From: Eledone cirrhosa
Lineage: Eukaryota
Direction of reading: 5' to 3'
Length of the DNA: 64,000 bases
Assembly: GCA_964016885.1 (NCBI GenBank)
Contig: OZ024741.1
Coordinates: 160,270,001 to 160,334,000, forward strand
The notes under the pieces were generated by a model that saw only the letters and a program-made list of their open reading frames with translations, ran no database searches and was not told the DNA's origin. Below, in pieces: positions 1 through 12,882 of the stretch. Both the position numbers and the translations under genes were made by a program. How positions within the stretch are numbered: the first letter of the stretch is position 1; every line of letters begins with the position of its first letter.

Positions 1-62
1 GAAGGATCAAAGACAAGGTTGATTTCGGCGGGATTGGAACTGAGAAGTTAAAGGGCCGGAAC
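1..62 (-). mobile_element. tRNA-derived SINE fragment (same family as 9356-9545)
   Basis: gaaggatcaaagacaaggttgatttcggcgggattggaactgaga is a diverged reverse complement of the SINE core/B-box region seen repeatedly in this window. Confidence 0.6.
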
Positions 63-445
63 ATATACATATGCAAATCATTTTTGTCCGAAGCTTTCCC
101 CATTCAGCCGCTAATAAATAGTTGCACCATTTTGTATTTATATTTCTCTTTAATGAATTCACATGTCTCATCCATGTCGACAGTCGAAATTCGATATAGG
201 ACCCACTACCGTTCTCGTATGATATCCAAGGATGACCGGCTGCCTATATTGATACATCTATTGTTGTAGTTTTCGGGAAGGTTTTTTATGTTTGTTGTTG
301 TTTTGTTTTGTTTTTTTCCAATACAATAAACTACAGTGTAGTTTTGGCTTCTTCTCCTGCTTCCCATTTTCTAGACTATATCACAAACGAACATGGAAAA
401 CATTCTGGAGTATTAAAAGAAAGACTCACACATACACATGCTTCT

Positions 446-960
446 TTATACATATATACATACATACATGCATTCATACACACATACATACACACATACA
501 TACATACATACATACATACATACATACATACATACATACATACATACATGCATATATACATGTATGCATACATACATATATATATACATACGTACGTACA
601 TACATACAGGTATACATACATGCATACATGCATACATACATGCATATATACATGCATACATATATACATACGTACATACATACATGTATACATACATACA
701 TACATACATACATACATACATACATACATACATACATACATACATACATACATACATACATACATACACACATACATACATACATACATACGTGCGTACA
801 TACACACATACATGTATACATACATATATGCATGCATACATACATACAAACATACAAACATACATACAAACATACATACATACAAACATACATACATACA
901 TACATACATACATACATACATACATACATACATACACACACACATACATACATACATAAT
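446..960. repeat. (TACA)n compound microsatellite
   Basis: Direct reading; explains the HTYI/MYVC ORFs. Confidence 0.95.
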
Positions 961-1135
961 ACTTATATATGCATGTCTGAACTTACGTACATGCATACAT
1001 ACACATGCAAGTGTACATATATGAATTGGTAAACAATTGTGTTTACATATGGAGAAAAGGTACTCATAAAGACAAATGTGCATATTTGATCAGAAACAGA
1101 ATCCCTGAGTTTCACGTCTCTGATAGTTCAAACGA

Positions 1136-1183
<48 letters not shown>

Positions 1184-1237
1184 CGTTCTGAATTTGTTTA
1201 GCAAGATTCTTTATCTGAAAGCGTGTGTTGAAACCGA

Positions 1238-1606
1238 TATTGTTATGCTTTGGGAGGGTCATGTTGCCAATAAGAAACACACGCACCAGTTATTTCACTT
1301 CAATTTATTATAAATTAAATTTATAAATTTAGGAATTTATAAATTTCCGGTTGGTTGGTTGGTTCCACAATCAGACGATTGTTCATATATTGTCAAAGCT
1401 CTCAAAGAATCCCCAGTCACTGAAGAGGTCACAGAATGTGTGACGAAAGAACTTTGACAATATATGAACAATCGTCTGGTTGTGGAACCAACCAACCCAC
1501 CGGAAATTTATAAATTCCTAAATTTATAAATTTAATTTATAATAAATTGAAGTGAAAGCAACTGGTGCGTGTGTTTCTTATTGGCAACATGACGCTCCCA
1601 AAGCAT

Positions 1607-1612
<6 letters not shown>
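1238..1612. mobile_element. Fold-back (inverted) pair of Penelope 3' terminal segments with hammerhead motif
   Basis: 1404-1610 matches the 3' end of the Penelope copies (29085-29288, 44125-44328). 1238-1403 is its reverse complement. Followed by (TA)n. Confidence 0.85.
1416..1458 (+). ncRNA. Minimal type I hammerhead ribozyme (Penelope terminal)
   Basis: GTCA-CTGAAGA-G-GTCACA gaatg TGTGAC-GAAAG aa CTT-TGAC; stems I and II pair. Confidence 0.75.
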
Positions 1613-1646
<34 letters not shown>

Positions 1647-1653
1647 GATGATG

Positions 1654-1701
<48 letters not shown>

Positions 1702-2244
1702 GTGTGTGTATATATATATATGTGTATATATATATATGTATATATAAATATATATATATGTGTGTGTATGCATATTTCTAGGGTGAAGATTTTCTTTTGT
1801 AAATTCATATACATACGTGAACGTGTATGTGTGCATGTATATATATTTTAGTGTGCATATTATTACTATGTGTATATTAATTATAAGTGTTTTGATGAGT
1901 GAGTGAGAAGCAGTAATGGGCACAACTAGAGTCTAGCCAAGCAACCAATCAACCAATCAACCACAGAATAACGAACTAATGAACCAATTAAACGATAAAA
2001 CAAATTTATTAACAACCATTAAAATGTTTCGTTCTTTCTTTATTATCAGTCCCTCTGATACTGTTTTCCATCGTCAATTCTTTCTGTTTTTTTTTTTCTT
2101 TTTCTTAGGTTCCTTTTCTCCCGCTCATTTTCTCATATATATATATATATACACATATGTAGTAAAAGGTAAACAGTAATAACAACATAATCGGTACAGT
2201 ATATCCTTGAAATAGCAGGTACGCTTGAAATAGCAGGAAGAGGG

Positions 2245-2280
2245 TCTTAACGTTTCGCACGCTAATCCTTCATCAGAAGA
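2245..2280 (-). ncRNA. Minimal hammerhead motif (stem II degenerate)
   Basis: Minus strand TCTT-CTGATGA-aggattagcgtgc-GAAACGTT-AAGA; same family as 18389-18424. Confidence 0.55.
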
Positions 2281-2703
2281 AAGAATGAGAAATAAGATAG
2301 TTTGAAGGGACGGGCGGAGTGGAATTGGAAAAAAATGTCTTTAGATAAAAATAACAAGTATATTCATGTTGACATCTCTTAAGAGATAAAGTGGACAATA
2401 TATAAATATAGACTTTCGCGCGCGCACACAATATTGATTATAGAAATATGTAGCTTAAAATACAAGCAAAATATTCTTTTGAATAAAGCTTTAGCAGAGT
2501 GTTCTGTTGCGGTGGGAAAATCCAGGTTTAGAGTTATAATATAATATAATTTAACACATATAATATAATATGATATAATATAATATGATATAATAAAACA
2601 TAACATAATATAATATATGTAAGCCCAAACGGGATTTTATTTTCGATTCTTGTTTTCATATTTTTTTCCTCTTGCTTTCCTGTATTTTTTCTTTCATTTT
2701 CTA

Positions 2704-2738
2704 TCTTCTGAAGAAGGGCGTAACCCGAAACGTTATGT
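2704..2738 (+). ncRNA. Hammerhead core with decayed stem I
   Basis: CTGAAGA-a-GGG cgtaa CCC-GAAACGTT; stem I pairs poorly. Confidence 0.45.
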
Positions 2739-2860
2739 ACTGACTTGTCTTTTCCCAAATCTCCTGACCGTTAAACTACTATTCACAGTTTGAACCAATT
2801 CCGTCTTGTTTTAGTTTATACATACATGCATATATAAACACACACACACACACACACAAT

Positions 2861-2960
<100 letters not shown>

Positions 2961-2987
2961 ACACATACACACACAGATATATATATT

Positions 2988-3716
2988 CTAGGGCGGATAA
3001 AATTCCCGAGATCCATGAACGAGATCTCTCCAGCGGTCTCTGTCCCTCATTATCACTGCCATGTCCTGCGTCTCCAACAGACAAGTGTCTGTCCTTAGGG
3101 CATCAACATACGTTAACCTTGGTCTTCATCTTCCAGTGTGTCCATGTAGGGGCTCCCACAGGCGCACTGAGTGCAGTGTCAACTCTAGATGTCGGTGAGC
3201 ATGTCCAGCTAACCTCAGTCTCCTCTGTGTCACTTTTGAGCAGTGAAGGATGCAGAGGATTTGATGCGGGAGGTTGAGACTGTGTCGATGAGTGTGGGGC
3301 TGAGAATGAATGAGACTAAAACAAAATATCTGGTAGAGAATGTTGAGAAGCCAGAGGGGATCACTAATGTAGGCGGGAAGCCGCTAGAATTGGTTGAGGA
3401 CTTCCTGTATTTGGGAGCAAAGGTTAGGAATACGAAGAGATGATGTGGTTGAGAGGAAGAGCAAAGCCTGGGCGGCGTGCCACAGCTTGAGATCGGTGTG
3501 GAAGTCGGACCTTCGTAAAGACCTGAAAATCGGCCTCTTCATTGCTGTAGTGGAGTATGTGCTGCTGTACAGGTCTGAGACTTGGACACTGACCAAGAAA
3601 CTCACTCAGATGGTGGATGGGTGCTACACGAGAATGCTGAGGATGGCTCTGAACATTAATCAGTATACACTGAGGATGAAAAACTCAGAGCTGTATAGGA
3701 GCCTCCCAGAAGTCAG
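2988..3716. mobile_element. RTE-clade LINE 3' fragment with internal inversion
   Basis: Plus 3243-3716 encodes frameshifted RT C-terminus (VEDFLYLG...VLLYRSETWTLTK...CYTRMLR). Minus ~3160-2988 encodes the extreme C-terminus (LWEPLHG...RPRLTYVDAL...RDRDRWR) ending in (TA)n. Confidence 0.75.
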
Positions 3717-3760
3717 ATATATATATATATGTATCTATATGTATATATATATATATATAT

Positions 3761-4112
3761 AACCAAATGTTAAACACGTTTCATTGATTATTCAATGAAT
3801 ACAGTTTTACAATAGATTAAAAGCACTCAACAAAGACGTTTTCTGGAGTTATTAATATTATTCAAAATATTAATAAATCGAGACATTCACATAATCAAAA
3901 TATATGTTTTATTATATATATTTCGGAGGTACTGTGTTGTTTTTTCAGTACGACCTCATCAGATAAAATACATAAATTGATGCATGACATACCGCAACTG
4001 TGCTGATGGTTCAATTCCAGTCTTGGCAGAAAAAACAACACAGTACCTCCGAAATATATATAATAAAACATATATTTTGATTATGTGAATGTATCCATTT
4101 ATTAATATTTTG

Positions 4113-4118
<6 letters not shown>
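3761..4118. mobile_element. Fold-back HHR element in (TA)n
   Basis: Inverted repeat ~3856-3946 vs ~4029-4118. Minus-strand HHR 3907-3968: TTTTAT-CTGATGA-GG..GTACTG/CAGTAC..CC-GAAAT atat ATA-ATAAAA. Confidence 0.75.
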
Positions 4119-4201
<83 letters not shown>

Positions 4202-4712
4202 CTTGGGTAGGGTCATATTGTTATAATATTGCAAGAAATAATAACAAAACACAGTCACTGTTTGGTTTGGATTGATTTTCGGCTTCTGTATCTTTTATAT
4301 CTCCATAGTTAATTTATAGTGTGTTTTGTTATTTCCGGCAATATTATTGACCTTCCCCAAGTATAACAATATTTGTTTCGACACACGATTTCATATCAAA
4401 AACCTTGCAAAACAAATATATATTAGTGAAAATTGATTCTTCACAAATCGATACTCCGAGTTTTCCATCTTTTATCATGAGACGATTTTGAAAAATGTAG
4501 CATGAAATTTGTACATAATGAATTCTATCATAACTAATGGTGATCAGTTAATATAGAATAGGCAAAAGAAAATTATTAGATGGCGATATAAGCCTTCTTT
4601 AAAATATTAGAAGTGTGACACTTAGAGTGGTAAAAATAAGAATATATTATTCAGTAGAGTAGAGGTAAGAAAATACAGGAAGATATATATATATATATAC
4701 ATACGTATATAT

Positions 4713-4770
<58 letters not shown>

Positions 4771-4850
4771 GTATCTACATATATATATGTGTGTGTGTGT
4801 AAATATTCACACGTACTCATATATATATATATACACTCACATATATATAC

Positions 4851-5150
4851 ATCCCACCTTGTCTAAAATCTATGGCAAACTCCCTCGAGCCTCTGCCCTT
4901 CTAAAATCCCGGAGAGCTCAATTTGCTGGCCACTGTCACCGTGCCAGCAATGAAATCATATCCGCTCTCTTGCTCTGGAACCCTGACTCCAGCCTGACTA
5001 GGAGTAGGAAGCTGTCATTCCCTGACGTTATCTCTAGGGATACGGGAATCAGCAGACAGGACCTGGGGGCAGCGATGGGGGACAGGGGATTCTGGGGCAT
5101 GAGAGTGAAATCCATCATCTCGACAGTAGTCGACGAGTGGTGGTGGTGGA
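4851..5150 (+). mobile_element. RTE-clade LINE 3' end fragment
   Basis: [12 protein letters not shown]...RRAQFAGHCHR...LLLW...DRGFW, then short (TGG)n tail; flanked by TA-rich repeats. Confidence 0.7.
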
Positions 5151-5287
5151 TATACATATGTACGTATGGGTTATATCGAACAATAATAATAATGTTCGAT
5201 TCGTTAATAAACAAATGGCCCGATTTGAAGCTGTGCCGTGCCGGTGTCCGATCGTCACATGTTTGTTCAAACACTGGCTTTGAGGAA

Positions 5288-5328
5288 CAATCAACATGTT
5301 TCTGTGTCATTGCCCTTCATCAGGACTG
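5288..5328 (-). ncRNA. Hammerhead motif, decayed stem II
   Basis: CAGTC-CTGATGA-...-GAAAC at GTT-GATTG. Confidence 0.5.
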
Positions 5329-5520
5329 TATACTTCTGCCAGTCTGTTGAACGTTTGAAAATATATAGTATTTTCTTAAGGACACATCGGCTGTTTAACC
5401 TCATTTGCATACCGAGCGAATTACGGCTGGCCATGTCAAATATTAAAAATAAAATTAAAATTTTATTTCTCAGCTTAGCACAGCTGATACATAAATGTAA
5501 GTATGCACACGTACACACAC

Positions 5521-5555
<35 letters not shown>

Positions 5556-5750
5556 CATACATACACATATATACATATACATATGTATGGGTTATATCGA
5601 ACAATAATAATGTTCGATTCCTTTGAAGCTGTGCCGTGCCGGTGACCTATCGTCACCTGTTTGTTCAACACATATATGTGTACGTATGCATACTTACATT
5701 TGTGTATCAGCTGTAGGGTGAGAAATAAAATTCTAATTTTATTTGTTATA

Positions 5751-6346
5751 TATATGAATGTATGCATAGTATATTTGGCAATATACCGTATGTTTAATTA
5801 AAAACATTTTGAAGACCATACGCTATCATTTTAAAGTAGTGACTAAGTCACTTCTATTCGGCGAAAGAAGGCAGAGAAGCTAACAGTCTGTTTCATGCTG
5901 TTTAGCAACCATCAGAGCTACGTACTACCCTCTTCCGCCGAAAATTATAGAAGCTGGATTCTTATAGAATTCCAGTAATAATCAGTGGCTGATTAAACAG
6001 AGCGATGTATACATGAATGTATGCATAGTATATTTGGCAATATACTGTATGTTTAATTAAAAACATTTTGAAGACCGGCAATCGCTCTGTATAATCAGCC
6101 TCTAATTATTACTGGAATTCTATAAGAATCCAGCTTCTATAATTTTCGGCGGAAGAGGGCAGTACGTAGCTCTGATGGTTGCTAAACAGCATGAAACAGA
6201 CTGTTAGCTTCTCTGCCTTCTTTCGCCGAGTAGAAGTAAGTGACTTAGTCACTACTTTAAAACTGATAGCGTAAAGTCTTCAAAATGTTTTTAATTAAAC
6301 ATACGGTATATTGCCAAATATACTATGCATACATTCTTGTATACAT
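5751..6346. mobile_element. ~259-bp HHR repeat unit: ~1.25 units minus + 1 unit plus (retrozyme-like fold-back)
   Basis: Direct repeat at 5754/6013, inversion near 6077. HHR-like folds at 5858-5942 (-) and 6146-6229 (+) with long extended stem I. Shares motifs (aaacattttgaagacc, ttatagaat, agcgat) with the 310-bp array. Confidence 0.75.
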
Positions 6347-6377
6347 GGCTATTTCAGGGCACCAATCCTAGTACTTA

Positions 6378-6447
<70 letters not shown>

Positions 6448-7352
6448 TACAATAAAATTGTAAAAATTATATTGATATTGACAATTGTTCCTGTGCAAAC
6501 ATTGTAACAGGAGCAAGGCAAATAACTCTTTGTGATTAACGTCTTTTAGTTGTCTTTTAATACGAGGGTTAAAATGTATCATTCCACGTTTTTTTTCGTG
6601 GATTCTGTTACTTCAACCATATAGCTGGATGCTCATCGTTTTTTTATTCAGCCATTTGGGGGCACAACTGCGAAATAGGAACTTCGAAATACATCTGCGA
6701 TAGCATAATATTTTTGAACGTTCATCTACTCCGTGGTTATCTCGAAACATTAGCGATATTTTATTACATTATCAGAGCTTGCTTGTAGAGTTACATCAAA
6801 TGTACCATGTACATAAGGGGCACACCGATCAAGGATTGACCATGGGTTTTAAGCATCACAAAACGTTTCTTTTGGAATAAAACGAGTGACAAAGTTTGCT
6901 CTAGAACTGTCAAATGTATGAATATATTGACTAAAACGCCGTAGTGATTCTCAGGCCAATATAATTACTAGGGATTGTTATTGTCGAACAGATTTCAGTT
7001 TTTTGAAGACGAAATTACGGTTTATTGCTTGGGATTACACAATTACAAACAGAGGAAAAATCTATATTGGTATTAAGATGTATTTGGTATTAAAATGAGT
7101 AATGGAATTTGATAAATATTTTCAACAAGAAGTAGCTTATCCTAAACATACATATTCATTCGTTATTCCATGTCGAACATCCAACATTCATTGAGTCATT
7201 CAAATATGTTTACAGTATAGTCACCATACGCAGACATTCAGGATGCGAAAAATTTCGATCAACGATTTGTGACGTTTCAGTTCTCAATAATTTGTCACTC
7301 TATTTTCAGATTTGAATACAAACTTTTCTTTCCATTTTTAAACTTGCGTGTT

Positions 7353-7384
<32 letters not shown>

Positions 7385-7514
7385 ACTATCTAACTATCTA
7401 TCTATCTATCTGTCTAACTGTCTCTCTATTTGTCGGTCTGTCTGTAAATCAACTATCTATCTAATTCTCTCTCCCTCCCCCGTCTAGCTCTCCCTATATA
7501 TATATATATATATA

Positions 7515-7711
7515 GGAAAAGTGTCAGGACCCCGACGACAGAACTCCGGCCGTTTCGACAGCTATTTTTGAACGTTCAGAAATACCTGTCGAAACGGCCG
7601 GAGCTCAGCGTCGGGGTCCTGACTCTTTTCCTATTACCCACTCTACTACCCATAGTATCGAGTACTCTGGTGTGTTATGGTCCATCTGGTTCATTAGCAC
7701 ACTTCTTTCGT

Positions 7712-7712
<1 letters not shown>
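7515..7712. mobile_element. Short fold-back element in (TA)n (family also at 40490, 52220, 53370)
   Basis: Hairpin 7515-7631 plus shared tail attacccactctactacc...ttcgtta. Confidence 0.75.
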
Positions 7713-7746
<34 letters not shown>

Positions 7747-7989
7747 CACATGTATATATCTATATGCATATATATTTTTTTATTTACACAAAACAGACAC
7801 ATACACACCATTCCCATCAAATATTTTCTTATACATCTCTTCTTCTCATTAGACACAAATGTACAAATACGCACACATAAGTATATATTTAAAAATTCAG
7901 ACACACCTATGCACATACACACGCACTTCCATCAAAGATATCAAAAACACACGCACACACAAAGAAGAGATAACATGCACACTCACAAA

Positions 7990-8294
7990 ATGCACTCCAT
8001 CTGCACACACACGTAACAGCACCAATGATACATCTGGACTCTCTAAACCCCCCATCCCCCCACCCCTCCCACCGGACTGCTTGCCTCTCCCACTTACTCA
8101 TCTTAAAAAAGCTCTTTGTTTTAACCTTCCAACCTCCGTTTCTCCAGTCTCCTCTCTCTCCCAACTTTACTCTTTCCTGATGAAGGACTGTCGTCCGTTA
8201 CGTTAAAACATTTATCACCTCCATTCCTAAGCTTGAAACTAATAAGACTGTGTTTTTTCATGTATTCATTTTGTTATTTTTGAATTATATATGT

Positions 8295-8325
<31 letters not shown>

Positions 8326-8330
8326 AATCT

Positions 8331-8374
<44 letters not shown>

Positions 8375-8868
8375 GATATTAATAAATGGAAACTATATTT
8401 ATAAAACCATATTTATTCATTATACATATTTCAGGGATACCAAATTAAATTATGGTATGCCTTCATCAGACAAAATACAATATATAACAGTTTTACAAAT
8501 AAGCTTTGACGTACTCTATTAAAATGCAACCATTGTTTTTGGAAGTCATCCGGATATATATATATGTGTGTGTACATATATAATTCAAAAATAACAAAAT
8601 GAATACATGAAAAAACACAGTCTTATTAGTTTCAAGCTTAGGAATGGAGATGATAAATGTTTTAACGTAACGGACGTCAGTCCTTCATCAGGAAAGAGTA
8701 AAGTTGGGAGAGAGAGGAGACTGGAGAAACGGAGGTTGGAAGGTTAAAACAAAGAGCTTTTTTAAGATGAGTAAGTGGGGGAGGCAAGCAGTCCGGTGGG
8801 AGGGGTGGGTGGTTGGTGTAGAGAGTCCAGGTGTATCATTGGTGCTGTTTTGTGTGTGTGCAGATGGA

Positions 8869-8875
<7 letters not shown>
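7990..8875. mobile_element. Inverted pair of HHR-type elements with a second HHR element nested in the central (TA)n
   Basis: ~7990-8310 is the reverse complement of ~8555-8875. Cores at 8173-8208 (+) and 8660-8695 (-) have GAAA changed to GTTA. Nested minus HHR at 8414-8477. Confidence 0.7.
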
Positions 8876-8925
<50 letters not shown>

Positions 8926-9355
8926 GGCGGCCCTTAGCAATAGGTAAGCTTGCTGCTCCCACCCCCTGGGTTGTGCAAGATTCCAGCTCAATCGGACAAC
9001 TGTTAGGCGACCCTCAAACGCCTTGAAGTTGGAACATAGTATACGCAACGATTAATTCTGTTCAAAAGCGATATACTGTTCCCTATCTCGACCATCTTCT
9101 TTTTTCTTCTTAGAGAAATTTATGTCAACACATCCAGGCAACCCCAGCAAATATTTAAAAACGTTTTGAATCAAATTTACCAGTAGTTAATTAGAAAAAT
9201 TCCTGAAATAACATGAAAAACTTAAGAGATATTAGGATTTCTTAATAAAGCACACAACTTCTATAAGAGAAACGCATTTTTATTTACAACAATAATTTCT
9301 ATAGAATCACAAACATAATGTGAACACTGAACACTGAATATTGAACATTATTTTT

Positions 9356-9545
9356 GCGGTGGATTGGCAGTATCGTTAGAGGGTCGGACACCATGCTTTG
9401 CAGCAAAGAGTTACGGCCTTTATGGTCTGAGTTCAAATCCCGCCGATATTAACTTTGCCTTTCATCCTTATGGGGTCGATAAAATAAAGTACCAGTAATA
9501 CACTGGGATAATTGCTGGCCTTGTGCCAAAAGTAGAAACAATTAT
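9356..9545 (+). mobile_element. tRNA-derived SINE (octopus-type)
   Basis: A-box-like tggcagtatcg, B-box gagttcaaatcc, core ctttgcctttcatcc..ggggtcgataaaataaagtaccag, tail ggccttgtgccaaaagtagaaacaatta. Confidence 0.85.
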
Positions 9546-9895
9546 TTTTGCATAAGAGAGGATTTAGTGGCAGTTGGGTATGTTTTAAGGTTTTCGGTAA
9601 CGATCTGTAAAACAAATTGTTTCTGAGTTTCATCTTTTGTGAGAATGTTATTGTAATCCTGAATGAGTTTGACATCTGTTTCTGCAACATCATTCACAAT
9701 AACTGTCTTCTCAAGTTTTTCAAGTCCACTTTTGTAACCAGGATCATCCTTCCATGTTGAAGGGTCTTTGTCGAGGAATTCGGTGCTGATAGAAAATCTC
9801 GTGAAGAAAGTTTTTGTACCAGGAGTTACAAAAGACGAAAACTCAATGTTTGTAAAGGAAGAAAAGTCATCTTGGTGCAGAGAGTACCTCTTCAG
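9542..9895 (-). pseudogene. Transposase C-terminal fragment
   Basis: Manual translation ...FVTPGTKTFFTRFSISTEFLDKDPSTWKDDPGYKSGLEKLEKTVIVNDVAETDVKLIQDYNNILTKDETQKQFVLQIV...*; the VNDxAERGVKL-type motif is typical of hAT-related transposases. Confidence 0.6.
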
Positions 9896-10242
9896 TTGAT
9901 CTTTTCTTCTTCCTCTTCTTCACCTTTGACACTCCTTTTATCCTTGCCCTCCTTGCTCTCATTTTCTCATTGCTCTCCTTGCTCTCCTTTTATCTTTGCT
10001 CTCTTTGCTCTCTTTGCTCTCCCTTTATCCTTGTTCTCCTTGCTCTCCTTTTCTCATACTCTCCTTGCTCTCCTTTCTCTCATTTTCTCATTGCTATCCT
10101 TGCTTTCCTTTTCTACTTCCTCTCCTTGTTCTCCTTTTATCCTTGCTCTTCTTTTCTCCTTTCTCTCCTTTTCTCTTTGCTCTCCCTTTCTCCTTGTCTC
10201 TATGTACTTGTTTATATAATGAGAACTGAGGAGCAAGGAGAG

Positions 10243-10344
<102 letters not shown>

Positions 10345-10640
10345 AGGGAGTGTAACTTGGAGTTACTGTAGGTTCACCCGGGTGAGCATTCGATGTATAG
10401 GTTCACTTCAGTGTCGAGGTGTAGAGCTATACAGAGTGTATTATAGTTAAATAGGAGATAGCAAGGACAATTGGTTACTCCTTCATTACGTTTATTGGTA
10501 GGTGACGTGCGTTTCGCCACTGACAAGCTCAAGGTTCGATCTGTATCGGTACAGATCGAACCTTGAGCTGGTCAGTTGCGAAACGCACGTCACCAACCAA
10601 TAAACGTAATGAAGGAGTGACCAATCGTCCTTGTTATCTT
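10345..10640. mobile_element. Fold-back element carrying the 3' half of a hammerhead
   Basis: Hairpin ~10455-10638 centred near 10547; GAAAC gcac GTC-ACC at ~10580-10594. Confidence 0.6.
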
Positions 10641-10646
10641 ATATAT

Positions 10647-10699
<53 letters not shown>

Positions 10700-11805
10700 C
10701 TCATTTCTCTCAGCTGTCAACCACATACGGATATATGTGTTTGCCCTCTACCTGCGCTCTGTCCCCAGCTTTGCAAGTTGCCTTCCCCGTTATATTCATT
10801 GTCACTTATCCTTCTAATACTAAGAACAATTTTTTAATTGAAGAGAAAATTATATAAGAGATAACAAATTTTTATCTGAAAAGATGACCGCGCGAAAACT
10901 TCAAAATGTTCACGGTCGATGAGGGTCGCCTTGCAGTTGTCCGCTTGATCTAAAGTTTTGCATATATTTGTTTTTTTGTTAATTGGGACAAGATAGGGGG
11001 TTGGGAGCTAAACCTTTAGAAAGCTGAAAAATAAAGGCCATCCTAAAGCGCCAAAAAATCTATGATCCGCAATAAACAGCTGATGAAGGGCTACTTTTCT
11101 TCTCTTGTTTACATCCCTATTACCATCTTACACTATATATATATTAATTTATTTTAATAAATATTTGCTCTACGGTTCTTATATATTTGATATATATTTA
11201 TCCTTATCGAGCCCTCTTTGGATTTTAGTCTTCAAATTTATTATTATTACTATATACCTGCAGTATTTTTCTCCATATTTTATTACATATATTTACCCAA
11301 ACTGCGATTCTGTGTTTTTCTCTCTCTCTCTCTTACTGCTCCCCCATTCTCTCTGTTTCTTCTACCTTCTTTCGCCCCCTCTGTCATGTCAGTTAACTCT
11401 TCCTCACACTTTCACTCACTCACTGTTTCTCCTCTCTTCATTTCATCCTGTACACCACGAAGGCTATTTTTCTCTCTTCTCACATGGCCATCGTTCGTGT
11501 AAGGTCTTTTTTCTAAAGCGCTCATATATTCACCTAGCTTATGCTAAACAGAATAATTATGAAGCTTGTTTCATTCCCCTACGGTTAGCTATACTCTTTG
11601 TTGTTCTCCTGTCTCACTCGCTTTACGCGTTTTAATTGTCCTAATAACTTATTTTAGTTATTATTGCACCGACGTGAGGTATATGATTTTTAATGCAATG
11701 AAATATCTATGATCGTCGGCAAATCACTGATGAGGGACTCATTTTATTACATGTTATCCATGCGCTACCTGCAGTATTTTTCTCCATATATATATATATA
11801 TATAG

Positions 11806-12769
11806 TTAAAAGAATAGAGGTGTAACACACAAGTTATTATATATTGGTAAACGGAATAGAAAATGCTGACAAATTGTTCACAGTTGAAAAATGGTTTAAT
11901 TAGGAATAAAAGAGTATTAGTGATTGTATGGGTTAGTATTCAGTTGTGGTTTTAAGTTTTTAAGTTTTTACCGGTTGCGCATTTCTAAATGCTTTTCAAA
12001 AATAATTTTGAGATAGAGTGTCCGTGCTGTTTGCTCTGATCTGATTAGTTTTGGGAATTCTACCTGTTTTTATGTTAAAAAAATGGCTCCAGCGTTATTT
12101 TTGTGTTGTAAAAATGCTTGTGGTCAAAACAATTTTGATTGGTGGGTAGAGGTCATGTGAATGTAAAAAGTTGATTTTGCGCCAAGACTGTTTTTATGTT
12201 AAAATGTTAGAAAAGTGGCTCCAGCAAAGATTATGGTCAAAACAATTTTGATTGGTCGGTAGAGGTCACACACACACACACACACACACACATTTGTTGT
12301 GAAAGAGTCATTTCTCAATCTTGGCGCAAAACCAATTTTTTATCCACATGACCTCTACCGACCAATCAAAATTGTTTTGACCATAATCTTTGCTGGAGCC
12401 ACTTTTCTAACATTTTAACATAAAAACAGTCTTGGCGCAAAATCAACTTTTTACATTCACATGACCTCTACCGACCAATCAAAATTGTTTTGACCACAAG
12501 CATTTTTACAACACAAAAATAACGCTGGAGCCATTTTTTTAACATAAAAACAGGTAGAATTCCCAAAACTAATCAGATCAGAGCAAACAGCACGGACACT
12601 CTATCTCAAAATTATTTTTGAAAAGCATTTAGAAATGCGCAACCGGTAAAAACTTAAAAACTTAAAACCACAACTGAATACTAACCCATACAATCACTAA
12701 TACTCTTTTATTCCTAATTAAACCATTTTTCAACTGTGAACAATTTGTCAGCATTTTCTATTCCGTTTA

Positions 12770-12775
<6 letters not shown>
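11806..12775. repeat. ~430-bp-arm inverted repeat element in (TA)n
   Basis: ~11838-12268 is a near-perfect reverse complement of ~12347-12776. No HHR core found. Confidence 0.8.
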
Positions 12776-12813
<38 letters not shown>

Positions 12814-12882
12814 GGACTAAACTCTGTGAGTGAACACCGTTAATTTTCTCCCTCATATCAAGGATTTGAAGACAATTCATTT

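Larger units (their letters stand above)
8922..10242 (-). mobile_element. hAT-like (hATm-type) DNA transposon remnant
   Basis: Candidate TIR tagggcggcccttag at 8923. Transposase-like frame 9895-9542. Superfamily assignment is from recalled similarity, not a search. Confidence 0.5.

Noticed and set aside
11075-11790. Two CTGATGA(A/G)GG motifs (~11080, ~11728) and one on the minus strand at ~41120
   Set aside because: No matching GAAA/stem III found; probably decayed or truncated HHRs but not supportable
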